Source: Chrysomallon squamiferum (lineage: Eukaryota > Animalia > Mollusca). From it: DNA of 64,000 nucleotides. A program made the translations under genes and the position numbers. The notes beneath the pieces are model-generated. The model was not told the DNA's origin. It worked only from the letters and a program-made list of their open reading frames with translations, and made no database searches. The stretch lies in assembly GCA_012295275.1 (NCBI GenBank), contig CM022676.1, positions 12,400,001 to 12,464,000 on the forward strand, in the 5' to 3' direction. Below are positions 38,967-51,260 of the stretch, piece after piece. The stretch's first letter is position 1. Every line of letters starts with the position of its first letter.

Positions 38967-41900
38967 TTATTCTTTGTTATTTAATTTTATTCTTTTGTTT
39001 TTTAATTTATATCTATATCTATATATAATATAACATTTTAGGATTAAAGATTAATATTTTTCTAATTTTAAAATTTCAGTTATAGAATATTTGTGTCTAA
39101 TTTGAAAAAAAAGAGAAATGTTCTATGAAATTTAGAATGATTAAATAAGGATATAAATAGTAAGCAATTTATGCTGGCGTGGCCTGTAACAAAATTCCAG
39201 ATTATTTTTTTTTCACTTCCATCTAACACTTGAACAGAGAAAATAAAATAACTTTGTAAAGAGAAACTATAAGAATTGTATCTGATTTGAATTTCACCAT
39301 TCCTTTTAATTCCATTAATCAAACTTTAGTTTTTCAAAACAAACTGTATATAAGAAAATGCTGGAAACTATTTCAGTAAATAAATAAATGACTTAATAAC
39401 CTATACAAAATACAAAGTAATTTGACGATTAATTTTAAATGAAATGTTTTAGTATTATTGTTACTCTTAATTAAAATACTTATTTTTATTATAATTTAAT
39501 TTTCGAAAACAAAACAAAGTTGCTAATACTACTAATAATTCATAATAATTACTTACTGATAATACTATCTTTAGTATTTAATTTTTGTTTACCATCATAA
39601 ATCAGCAAGTTTATTACCTTAATATTTACTTTATGTCGAACTGAAAAAGCCAAAATTTTAAAATACATCAGTATATTATTTAAAACTTATTACATTTTCA
39701 GCTCCAGTGGCATCAGTTACTCTGGAGGTTTCAGGATCTACTCCAGGTTCTGTTGTTGTTGTGGAAGGAAGATCAGTTGAGTTCACCTGTTTTATACAAG
39801 GAGCAAAACCTGCACCCACAACATCTCAGGTGTCATGGTACAGACAAGACAAGTCAGGTAGTAACTTCACTTTACCTGGATCACCTGCTACACCTACTAC
39901 ACGTGACAGAAGTACATCTGTGAACTACACATACACTGCTGACAGACAACATAACAACGACAGTGTTTTCTGTACTGCTAGAAACAGTCTGATGGAGAAC
40001 AGTTCAGATTCAGATATCACATCCACAAACAAAATACAACTTAATGTGCAGTGTAAGTATTATTTTATAATGTTAAAAAGTTAACAATAGTAACATCTCA
40101 GAATGACAAAGTGATTGCTAAAATAATTTCAAAAAATTCTGGACTGATATTCAAAAGGATACTTTGTTATGGAGCCTAACATAAAACATTATGTGTGTGT
40201 GTGTATGAGTTTTTATAAGTTACTACATATATATTGTGTATATATTGTTAAGTATTCTTTTTTTCTCTGATTTTATATATACTATCAAGTGATCTCCTAT
40301 AAATCGAGTTTTATAAAGTGTCTTTCCATCCAGCTTCATTTTATATTAACAAAGTGATTAACTTTCAGGGCCTCCAGTGAGTCCAGTTTTATCAGGAAAC
40401 TGTCCATCCAGCTACATAAGTTCATCTACTACAGGAACATGTCACTGTTCTACATCTGACAGTGGGAATCCAGCAGGGAACACTTCCTGGTTTAAACCAG
40501 ATGGAACAAATACAGGAACAGATGACCTTGTACTAAACACAATACTACCACAAGAGCACAACACCAGAGATTACACGTGCAGAACACAAAATATTGTGGG
40601 ATCAAAAGAAATTATCTTTACACCAAAACTAGCATGTAAGTAAAATAAGCTGAACTCTGTAATATGACACCGATACCACTCATTTATCAAGTTTAAATAT
40701 TGTATATGACTATGCAACTCCAGTCAGAATTAAAATATTTTTCCTTTGAAGATTCAGATGCATTTTTTTTTAAATCAACAGCATATCTATGCACTTTTAA
40801 TGTATAACCATTGTGTTCTATACATAATAAAGATCAGATGATTTTTATGAACTATTTTTATACAAGGTACTTGAAATGTTAGATATACTAGGAGAAAAGA
40901 AATGGTTTAATTCCTTGTGGGCAAATCAGCTCAAATGCCTTTAGGTTCTATGAGAATTTCAAGTAAATTTCTTTAGTTATTTTTTACAGTGATTTAGGTA
41001 AGGCTTTCTTGTTGATTGTGAAATGCTGTCTATTGCATGTTTAATCATGTTAGTTTGCCTATTAACAGTTACTAAGGAAAAATAAGTCAGAAATTAGTTG
41101 TCATGGTTCTCGTTTTCATGTCGAATGATATTCCAAAACATGATAAATAATCCAATTAGGCACACAAGTTATGGATTTTATAGTTATGTTTGCAAATTAG
41201 TGGTATACTATTCATTCAAATAAAATTGAGCATATCTGAGCATCTGTATCACTACCAAAAATCGTACAGCTAATGAAAAGAGAAATTTGAAACTGAAGAA
41301 AACAAAAATTGAATATATGAATCTCACGGGTAATTAAGCACTCCATTCAAAATTTAGTACTTTCAAAAAAATGTGGATAACAAAATAATATAATACATTT
41401 TAGAATTGTGTAATGATCTTTGAACTTTAGACAACAAGTCATGATATTATATTGAAAAAAAAAAATGTTGGAAACACAATGACTTTCTTTTCGGGTCAGA
41501 ACAAATCTTGAAATTGCGACAAACAATTTAGTTGACATATATTTACTGAAATTTCCTTCACCATATATAGTGAGAAGCACATGGTTCAGCCAGTGTCTGA
41601 TAACGTTTCAGATATTTATTGTACCACCTGATTAGTTTAGGAAATATACTAGTTTGAATTTTTCATCAAACATGGAAAAGAAGATTCATTAGAAATTGAA
41701 CAAGCAGTAGCTATTTGTAACAGTTTTCTGTATTCACAAGTATTTGCAACCTTAATGTTTCCACTTGACCTTGAATATGACTTTTAAAATATCGATAGGC
41801 TAAAACGAAAATATTTCAAAATAGAAATTATAAATATATTTTATTAGTAAGGCACATATTTTGTGTCTAGCATACCCCAATCCCCACAAAAAAGACAACA

Positions 41901-44548
41901 ACATTTACTTCAATTAAGAGGCAATATTTTGAATAGATCCTCCAAACAGACCAACACTTTCATCAGATCCTGAACAGCCATGGCTAGAAAACACAGGAGG
42001 CTCTTTGATTTGTTCTTTACCTGACAGTGGTAAAGGAAATCCAGCAGCTGAGCTTTACTGGATTAGAAATGGATCTGACGTACAACACACAGGATTTAAC
42101 TTGTCACTGACACCTACAAAGGAAGACAATGGAGTCTGGTACAAATGTTCAGCTGGAAATCTCTTCACAGACACAAATGGACAACAGAGACCTGAGTCTA
42201 ATTCTCTTCAGATGAATGTGTATTGTATGTTGTTTATTATTTAATATATATATATATATAATTTTTTTGTTTATTTGTTTGCTGATCACCATTTTCACAT
42301 TAACTAAGTAAACAAATAAGTAAATAAATAAGTGTACATATCTTTTGAATATATATTAACTGCACTTTAATTTCACCTCTTTTACATTGTAATCAATGTT
42401 TTCTGTTTCCTCATATTTTAAATTTGTTTTACTTTTATTTTAATCTGTGTAGATGCTCCCAGAGTGAGAATTTTATCAGAGAGTCATATCAGAGTTGAAC
42501 TGGGAAAACTTGTGATACTACGCTGTACAGCTGACAGTAATCCAGACAGTGTTGTATTTGAATGGCGAACTGGTACAAAACACCTCACTGACAGTTCTCT
42601 GTTTCAAATCTCCTCATTTCAACAGTCAGACCAAGGAGAGTACACGTGTTCAGCAACTTCAAAAACTTCATTTAACACTTCAATGTCAGGATCTGCCAGT
42701 GTCATGGTTACAGGTAACTTTATTTACACTTTTTTCATGTGACCTTTGTTAGCAAATGCAACTGATTTTGTTATTGTTTCCATACCTGTCAGAATTAGCC
42801 AGTGTCAATTTATATATGCAGACTTTATTAAAATGTGGGGGTGGGTGTATCTATATATATAGATAGATACACGCACGCACACGCACACACACACACACAC
42901 ACAAACACACACATATACATATTATTCCCAACATTAAAATATTTAAATATATTGCTGATGAAAATTAAAACATAAATCCTTTTTCACGTTTTAGTTCTTG
43001 AATCAGCTCCTGAATGGTGTTACTGCACAAATGTGTTAGAAACTTCAGTTGATCTCAAGTGGAAGTACGACACAAACAAGTTCACTAGATTCACAGTTGA
43101 ACAACGCTTGTCTACTGAAGACCAGTCTACCAGTCTGCAAGTGTCAGACAATAAGACACACGACAAGACTTTTTCTTTACACATTTCTCATCTCAAGTCC
43201 AATTCTTCCTACCACTTTAAAATTTACTCTTCTGCAAATAAAAATGACAGCCGTTACTGTTTGACTCTGTGTACCACTTTAACAACAATAAATTGTAGTA
43301 AGTAAAACATAGAAGTAAAACATATTTGTTACAATACTTTTCTATAGATAAATGAGAATTCATACGTTGTGAAATTATTTACATTTTAAATTAAATCTTT
43401 TTAAATTATATTTAATATATCTTACAGATATAAATCGTTTTAAAAGTTGGTAGTTTTCACCTATTGATTTACTGCTAGCTTTGAAATATCATTATCAGTA
43501 AATGTAAGAGAATAAAGAAAATAAGACAGATCACTGAATTAAGTTCTATAATGTATTATTATAATTACTGTAGTAGGATCTTCGTCCCTGTCAACACAAG
43601 GGACTGGAATTGGAATTGGTCTTGTAGTAGGAATAGTTCTGATCTGCCTTGTTGAAACAATTATTCTACTCATCTTGAGGAAAAGAGGTTATACAATCCG
43701 AGGTCAGTTTTTCTCTTTTTCATTGATTTATTGATTTCTTTATTTACTTTTATTTTCTGTCTGTTAGTTTATATATGTGTGTGTGTATGTGTGTGTGACT
43801 TGTTCCTTTTCTTTTTTGTTTAACTGTTTCTTTCTTCATTTGCTTGATTAAATATAACTTAAATTATGATAATGTAACAATACTTATTTAGCTTGCTAAA
43901 TAAAATTTTATAACATATCCTGCAGACACAGACAGCAAGAATGAAAATGAAATGCATACGTGAGTATTGTTTTGAAATGTTTCCGAACAGTACTATGATA
44001 ATTTCTGATACTGAGGCATCTCTCTACTAAATTACCCGCAGCAGCTGTTTGACATATAACCAATATGTATAAAGTGATAAACTGTATTATATAACTATTT
44101 CACTTTAAAGCAAGTGTTGTTCTAAAATTAAATGCGGATAAAACATATATTAACTGATAACAGCATATGTACATTGTTGCATTAATAAAAAATACTTCCA
44201 TAAATTATGTGAATGTCTCGTTAATAAAATCATACTAAGCACAAATATACCTGGTAACACAACAATATACTGTTTCTCTTATATTGTACAGATACCAAGA
44301 TCTGTCTATGGATTCAGTCCAGGAAACAGCTGTTCGTTCAGGTAAAATAAGAAATCACGTGTTTTGAATATCGTTTTTCGATCCTAGTTTTATTAGTAAA
44401 ATTTCCATTAGAAAGTAATTAACTTGTTAATACTTAAAACGACTCAAACTGAAGTATGTTTTGAAATACAAGTCAAGACGACTGCGGAAATGTAAAATCA
44501 GATACCAGTTTTTCATATACATCAACGAACATTATGCAGCTACCCAGA

Positions 44549-44596
<48 letters not shown>

Positions 44597-45061
44597 TCGA
44601 ACACACATTTTATTCTCTTCATGAAGAGCATGTATCAATAAAATTAATACCAGCAATTACAGTTAACATACAAAATTGAGTATGTCAAATACTTTCTCTA
44701 GCCATTGATCTTTACAAATAGTTTTAGTATTCAGTTATTTGTAAAATTTGTTGAGATATTCGGCTTGATGAGGAAATATTATTTTCCCTTAATACAGCCA
44801 TTAATATTATTTTTCCCCACAAAGTGACTTGGACATATTTTTAATTGTTGTTCTTGTTGTTCTTCTTCTGAATTATCTTCGTCAGATTTCCACATTCAAA
44901 AATAAAATAACGTATTGAATACAGAAATGTATTAGTTAGTGTTTTAAATTATGAGTGGTGTTCATTATACTTTACCGGTATAGAATTAGGACATATTTTC
45001 TAAAATAACTGATTAGAAACAAATATATTTTTTAAGTTAAATTTCAAATATTGTATGTATG

Positions 45062-45093
<32 letters not shown>

Positions 45094-45640
45094 TGTATGT
45101 ATGTATGCATGCATGTATGTATTTATGTATGTATGTATGAGTGCATACATGCATGTATGGATGCGTATATGTATATACGTGTTTTAAATTGAGAGAAGCT
45201 ACAATGAATTAAATAAATCGAAATTATCACCTAATAGTTTTTCCAAATTACGATAATCATTTAATTTAATAAATATTTTCTAGAAAATATAGCTGAATCG
45301 AAAAGAAAAATAGTTTTTCAAAACGTACACAAAGATTTATAGAAATACTAATACATTTATAGAACATTCTGAAACCTCTACTACTGAGTACGAGTGTCTG
45401 CAATCACGCCATGCACCTGCGTATGAAAACATAACCAATAACAAACGGAGTCCAGGTAACATTATTTATTGTCATACAGTTTTTCAAATTCCCATTTAGA
45501 ATTGTTTACTTTGATTTATTATCTAAAAGTTTATCCACTTACGACATAAGTCGACAATAAAATATTCATATGTTAAAATAAAATATACATTTCTAAAAAA
45601 AATCTCAAATGATTTCATTCGTTATTGGTTATCACCAGTC

Positions 45641-45705
<65 letters not shown>

Positions 45706-45842
45706 AAACAACTTTTGTTTGAAAGCATGGCTTCCAGAATTTTTAATAGTTATTTTCAATTTATTTTTATCCCAAATCGTTTTTTTTTTCAATGTTTGTT
45801 TTTCCCTTTTTTCTAGGGAATGTATACGAAAATACTGTGTAA
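34709..45842 (+). CDS. Gene B: complete multi-exon IgSF type I receptor (leader, 5 Ig-like, FN3, TM with Glu, cytoplasmic ITAM); putative activating receptor
   Basis: Exons 34709-34763, 38323-38649, 39702-40052, 40369-40635, 41937-42224, 42453-42713, 42995-43297, 43574-43702, 43926-43959, 44292-44341, 45363-45455, 45817-45842. All are GT-AG and form one continuous reading frame ending in TAA. AATAAA at 45945. Confidence 0.9.
35570..37100 (+). mobile_element. Decayed Academ-like DNA transposon fragments (XPG/PIN-like region) in gene B intron 1
   Basis: Remnants NHPEAIVNIVKGRM, THEEA and IDTTVEKHRQIISEIVAADALSSCDTVPGCF..TVLKV resemble the HEEAD / HALSGCDT motifs. Interrupted by stops and host sequence. 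Family call is from memory. Confidence 0.55.
37440..38010 (+). mobile_element. Decayed Academ-like transposase core fragment
   Basis: YFYAYHLFHCARLISVHIAQM...IWKALKERNFCV, then frameshifted SFIALFTGRALEQKVKKLK..LVSITQ, resembles the YAR..M / DQALEQ..K..GG..GIT pattern. Confidence 0.55.
38323..38649 (+). CDS. Gene B D1 (near-identical to D1 of genes A and C)
   Basis: 327 nt, one codon shorter than the A/C copies. Confidence 0.9.
39702..40052 (+). CDS. Gene B D2 Ig domain
   Basis: FTCFIQGAKPAP..VSWYR...VFCTARN. Paralog at 56737-57087. Confidence 0.9.
40369..40635 (+). CDS. Gene B D3 Ig domain
   Basis: CHCSTSDSGNPAGNTSWF...YTCRTQNIVG. Paralog at 57428-57691. Confidence 0.9.
41937..42224 (+). 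CDS. Gene B D4 Ig domain (distant homolog of gene A D4)
   Basis: PP..P.L....PWLE....L.CS....GNP.A...W..NG pattern shared with A D4. Confidence 0.9.
42453..42713 (+). CDS. Gene B D5 Ig domain (distant homolog of gene A D5)
   Basis: LRCTADSNPDSVVFEW...DQGEYTCSAT. Confidence 0.9.
42995..43297 (+). CDS. Gene B divergent, Cys-rich FN3 domain
   Basis: SVDLKW...FTVEQ...ISHLKSNSSYHFKIYS FN3 signature. Confidence 0.85.
43574..43702 (+). CDS. Gene B transmembrane exon
   Basis: GSSSLSTQGTGIGIGLVVGIVLICLVETIILLILRKRGYTIR. TAGTAG (NAGNAG) acceptor. Confidence 0.9.
43926..44341 (+). CDS. Gene B cytoplasmic exons 43926-43959 and 44292-44341
   Basis: Phase 1-2 and 2-1 exons join as DTDSKNENEMHTYQDLSMDSVQETAVRS. 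Confidence 0.8.
45363..45455 (+). CDS. Gene B ITAM exon
   Basis: EHSETSTTEYECLQSRHAPAYENITNNKRSP, 93 nt, phase 1-1. Confidence 0.88.
45817..45842 (+). CDS. Gene B terminal coding exon (GNVYENTV*)
   Basis: Strong polypyrimidine ttctag acceptor, in frame, ending TAA. Confidence 0.8.
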
Positions 45843-46815
45843 CTGATTCTACATCTAAAAATTACAAAGATGAAATTTTTCGCACCTGTGTGGAAGGTCT
45901 TTAGAAATATTTTCGGAAACGATGAAGATATATTATAGATCTGTAATAAAGTGACAGTGTAAAATATTAAATAACATTTAGTTGTGTTTCTCTGTCTGTA
46001 TCGAATCGGTACTGAACTTCGATTAGTTTCGTCTACATGAGTGCTTGTTTATCAGAGTTAACTGAAACGTTTCTTTTTTTCTTTTTAGTAATATATATAC
46101 TTTATTATTCTGTACTTTCTATAAGAAAACATCTAATGTCATCGTCGTTTCACGAAGTAATAAAATGTTATTTGTAATTTATTTCTCAAATTAACGATGG
46201 AACGGATATTTTCACACGAAATCTGTAACAAAGTGAGATATTTAAATTTGATATTTACTGTAATAAAAATGTTCACTGTAATCTAACTGTTTGATTTTAA
46301 ATTCATTCACCCAGTTTAGCCTTTTCCCTTTACGCCTCAGTTTGGAGAGTGGGTTTTCATCGAAAAAGAAAATATTGTAATTAAGAAAATTACCTTTTGT
46401 AATTCTGTAATTTCTCTATTCACTGCCAGATACATATCAATTTATTAAATATCATCGTTTAAAGGAACACAATTAATTGATATTTTGCAGATGTATTGTT
46501 TGAAAAACAAATGATTAGGCAATGAATTAGATATAAAATTATCAGTTATTGACCGATTCGGAAGTGCGTGGTATGAAAACAGTTCAGATTATTAGTTACA
46601 TTCAAGTGTGCAATAAGAGTCGTACACGCTTTGCTGAGTTAGTGGACTGAAATAAGCTCACAATAAATAAGTTCATCTTATTTTATAAATATAAATGTTT
46701 TATAAATAGCGAAATTTTCAAGGTATGATTACTGACAAATAACAGAAACAAAAAATCATGTGAAATGTAATACATAAAGTGAAATAAATATACAAAAAAT
46801 AAACACTTTAATAGA

Positions 46816-46960
46816 ATGACAGCGCTATAGAAACGTGACACAATAACTTAACCTAGATAAAGTACAACTCGTGTACCTGGAAGAAACAAGTTTAGTCACA
46901 ACATTCACAATGGCGCTGTTGAGATTATTTGTTTCTTTGTTTGTTTGTTTGTTTATTTAG
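46816..46960 (+). pseudogene. Broken copy of the promoter/leader-exon module
   Basis: Same upstream motif and ATGGCGCTGTTGAG as 34709, but the donor is lost and an in-frame TAG follows. Confidence 0.75.
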
Positions 46961-47413
46961 TTAGTTATTTATTGATACATTAAAACATGTTAGATAAAAC
47001 CGACCAAGACCATATAGTGAAAACGTAAGATCTTTATTCAGTCTGTTTCCTGATAGGAGCTGGTTTAATGTAGAAATGTTTTTATCACCGTATGTTATTT
47101 AAACTGCACGATCTCTCTATCACAAGCGAATGAATCACTTCATCTAAACAGTGTGAAATATATGTATGACAGTATGCGACGTCTGCAGTTTATATTTAAT
47201 TATATTATATGCATACTATTAGATTAATTACAGAGAACGGTTTCACATTTCTCCATTTCTGTTTTGTTTAATCAAAACGCCGAATGCAGAATTAGAACGC
47301 TAATAACACGAATTAAGAATGTATTGATTGTTAATAAATTGTTTGTAAAATCAACTAAACAGCATTCGTTTTCATTTATTTTTGTCTATTTTTTATTTTA
47401 TTATTAGTATTAT

Positions 47414-49920
47414 CATAGCGGGGAGAAACGTAAGCAGTTTAAAATACAATATATTTAACTATAGCAACGTGATTTATAAAGCTAAAGTCGTCAAGTTACA
47501 ATCCATCCAATCTAAGAATAGACATATAATTAATTAAAATACCTAACTACATTAATACGTAACGATATCAGCAGGTTCCAATTAATGGGTATGCGCCGAT
47601 TTTTGACCAATATTGCGTTATATCCAGCAATATTCATACAGCCATCATCAACAACAGCTACAACTACTACTCAGATCACGTCTTCTTCTATGTCAACAAC
47701 TAGTGATTCAGCCATTCCCTACCAGTACAAACGGTTACTCCCATCATGGCCCATGTAACACTGAGAAAATTTTGTGGCAACCAGAATATGTCGACCTGGT
47801 GGAATGATTTCACAGGACTAATTGCCTTAAACGGTTACTCAAGTGAACGAGCGTGTCTGTTGGTGCCATTCTGTTTAGAGGGACCAGCCAAGATGTGGCA
47901 TCAGGACTTAACAGAAGAAACAAAGAAAAGCCTGCCACTCCTGAAACAAGCCTTGAGAACCGGTTGAAACAATGTTCGGTTTTCCACTTGGCACTTTTCT
48001 CCATGTCACAGAAAACACTTGAGGCCGTGGAGGACTACATAACACGAATCCAAACAGCTACACAACATAAACGCCTATCAAAAGAGCATGTAGTAGCAAT
48101 AGCTGTAAATGGCCTTCAGGAGACTCTTCGACAGTGGGTCTACAATAAAGAGCCCACAACGCTTGAAGAAGTTAGGCATTTTGCACATGTAGCTAACCAA
48201 TCCACTATAAAGATGCAGCTGCTCAGTACGGCTAAATTGGAAGAAAAGGTGGGTCACCCGACGACATTGGTGCAGGCCTTACTAAATAACGAAGGTAATG
48301 CGGTAAACCGACTACAGCAGAGTCCAACAGGAAAATGCCACCATCTCAGGCATCTAGCCGAAGACGTTTCTGGCAACACTTTCCAGCCCCAAGAAACAAA
48401 GCTTACCACAACGAGAATCAGGAGCCTGCATAGCAAGCAGTATTTCGACCAGCAAACCAACCAAGATTCCAGCCACAATACCAGCGAGCTCACCAGGACA
48501 GACCGATGTCGGCTCCACTGCAGCGAAAAACCAGACAGTACCAGCACCCTCTACCACCCTAACTACGACAGCGATGTAAAGGATGTGGTGAGTATTGCCC
48601 TGCTTCTCCACCTCTTATAACCGTGTTTATTTTTTTCCTTGGTTATTATTTTGCAGTATAACTACTTTGGGGAATGCAGTCTGGGAGCAGTGGGGTCCAG
48701 TCTAAATACAAAAAATGAAAGAGAGATGAGCCGAGTTCCGAAGTGTTTATTGCTGGACAGACAAGTACGTTGTCCTTCTACATAGAATACATACATATAC
48801 AGTTTGCAACAATATAAGAGCTATACACAAAATTGATTCATACATATATATTAATTATGCATAATGGCTGTATACACAGGTAACAGTAAATAACTGTATT
48901 AGTTAATTGTGTATATATTGTTTCAATGTTTATTATTGTACATATAGTTATGAACGATTTGTAATATTAGATCAATAAAGTACATATTGCGTGTGTTCCT
49001 GTGGCACCAACGACATGTAATAAATAGCATTTTATAACAAACATAGATTAAAGGTACTTACCTAAATATAAAAATGAAAGAGAGATGAGCCGAGTTCCGA
49101 AGTGTTTATTCTAGGTCAGCCAAGTGCGTTGTAACTGGACACTTGAACCTTGAACCTTGAAACAAATTAACGTACTAATCAAAGCAAGCTGTTGTGAAGC
49201 ACGTCTACGACAGGCACACTTTCTGACAGGTCAGCGGGTGTGTCCGTCACAGAAAAGAGTTTTGGGTAAGGAACGAGGAAATGGGTTCTCGTTACGATTA
49301 CTGGACACAACGAGTACGTTGATGTTTTCCGCTCGTTGTTGTTTCCGGCACTTGTCTTGCTCGTTGAATATCTCATATTCGTCACCGGGTCCGTGTTGGT
49401 TGCGTCCTGTTTGTTTGTTCTCTTCTCGGCTGCTATTGATGTTTCTTTGTTATTTTTGGCTGCTTCCCTCTGGTCCAACAATTCCAAACTTTTTTTTCAT
49501 AATAATAATACTTTTTTTTGATACTGGACACTGCATGAATGAATGAAAAAGAAAAATTAACGTGCTAATTACTGGACACTGGTCTGTGCGTTATTTTATA
49601 GCACTCGGCTCATATCGTTACGTATTAATGTATTTAGGTATTTTAATTATTGTTTAGATTATTGCAGTAATCAATTTACTCGGGATAAGACATCTTTTGT
49701 CTACAGCGGTCCTTAATCGGCGCATACCCATTAATTGGAGCCGGCTCATATCATTACGTATTAATGTATTTAGCTATTTTAATTAATTATATGTCTGTTG
49801 TTAGATTGGATGTATTGTAACTTGACGACTTTGGCTTTATAACTGACGTTGCTATAGTTAAATATATTTTATTTTAATCTGCTTATGGCATGTCCAAGCG
49901 AGGCGTTTCCCCCCACTATG
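47414..49920. mobile_element. Composite ~2.5-kb insertion bounded by ~190-200-bp imperfect inverted repeats
   Basis: 47414-47601 is the reverse complement of 49715-49920, e.g. ccaattaatgggtatgcgccgatt vs aatcggcgcatacccattaattgg. Confidence 0.8.
47746..48620 (+). pseudogene. Frameshifted Ty3/gypsy-type gag fragment
   Basis: KFCG...WWNDF...LEGPAKMWHQDL and Q..E.VEDYITRI...AVNGL...EPTTLEE are capsid-like motifs. A truncated CKGCGEYC knuckle lies in another frame. No pol or LTR pair seen. Confidence 0.75.
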
Positions 49921-50358
49921 TTAGTATTACTACTACTGCAACAACAACAACAACAACTACTACTACAGCTACTACTACAACAACAACAACTACTACTACT
50001 ACTACAACTACTACTACTCTTATTTATTTATTAGAGTATTAAGACAGTATCTAAGGCCAGGCTTAATTAACAGTACCACTTACGCAGACAACCTATATGT
50101 AGTAAAGAAGTCTGTAAATACATTATACAATACAGAATAATGTAGATGTTTATTTTAATGTTATTACTGTAGTATTTCTTCTCATCCAACAGTTAAATAA
50201 TGAATCATTGACATGATTACAATGGTAAACACATTGCACCGTTGTTTCTGCTTCACTTGATACAATAAGTATGTACTTATCTTACTTAATTGTTAATGCT
50301 GGCAGCCACAATAGGTTTATGTAACTGAGACAAAGCTAGTCTCTTTATAGTAGAGAAG

Positions 50359-50432
50359 GCGCTGTACTAATATCGTGGCACAGCAAGTTAACCTAGTTAG
50401 AGTACAACTCGTGTACCTGAAAGAAACAGGAT
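50359..50432 (+). promoter_or_regulatory. Promoter-module copy without the leader exon
   Basis: gcgctgta...aagttaacctag...agtacaactcgtgtacctgaaagaaac matches 46820 and 52925. Confidence 0.6.
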
Positions 50433-51167
50433 TTGTCAGAATATATACACCTGCTCCAATCAAACATTTATTTGTTTCTGTCATAACTGTTACTGTCCAA
50501 ATACATTTTTATTTTTATTTTGTAATTGATAAATTAAAACAAATATGCTGGATACTACCGATCGTCCGATCTATGTACTGAAAACTCAGTTTGGTTACGG
50601 TTGGTTTTGTGTTAAAACTTAAAGCTTTATCACTATATGTTATTTAAACATGACGGGTATGTCACTAGTGAAAATACAGTGAAAATACATTTTTTAACTA
50701 AAGCTTTTCTAATGTAAATATCAATACGAGACGTTTATTTAAATCTATATCCACACACACACACACACACACACGCACACATTCGTGGAACAAATAGTTT
50801 TTTGTAAAGAAACAAGATTTTTGCTCGATGATACACTCAGCTCTGCACGTTAATCAATGGGCTCCTTTCAACGTTCGCAGTAGAGCATATTCTAGAACAT
50901 TGCTTAGATTGTTACGAATTTAGAACCCTGAAACCATCCTGTATTTTCTGTATAAAACTATTCTCATCCACTAGATAAATAACAAAATTTGAGTTATTTA
51001 TTAATTCATAAACATATTTCGCAATAATACAAAAAAAAAAAAAAAAAAAAAAAATAAGGCCAGTTAAATTATTAACAGTTTAAAATACAGAATTACTTAA
51101 CTGAATTCTGTAGAAAAATGGAATCAGTCATGGGAGAATAAAATAATTATATAAGTTGTAAGTAGAG

Positions 51168-51172
<5 letters not shown>

Positions 51173-51225
<53 letters not shown>

Positions 51226-51260
51226 ACACACACACACACACACTTACACACACTACACAC
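51173..51260. repeat. (CA)n microsatellite
   Basis: Direct reading. Confidence 0.95.

Noticed and set aside
45831-45842. Gene B C-terminus ENTV as a class I PDZ ligand
   Set aside because: Position -2 is Asn, not Ser/Thr.
49157-49546. Three overlapping ORFs in a GC-richer patch
   Set aside because: No recognisable domain or splice context; lies within the composite repeat element.
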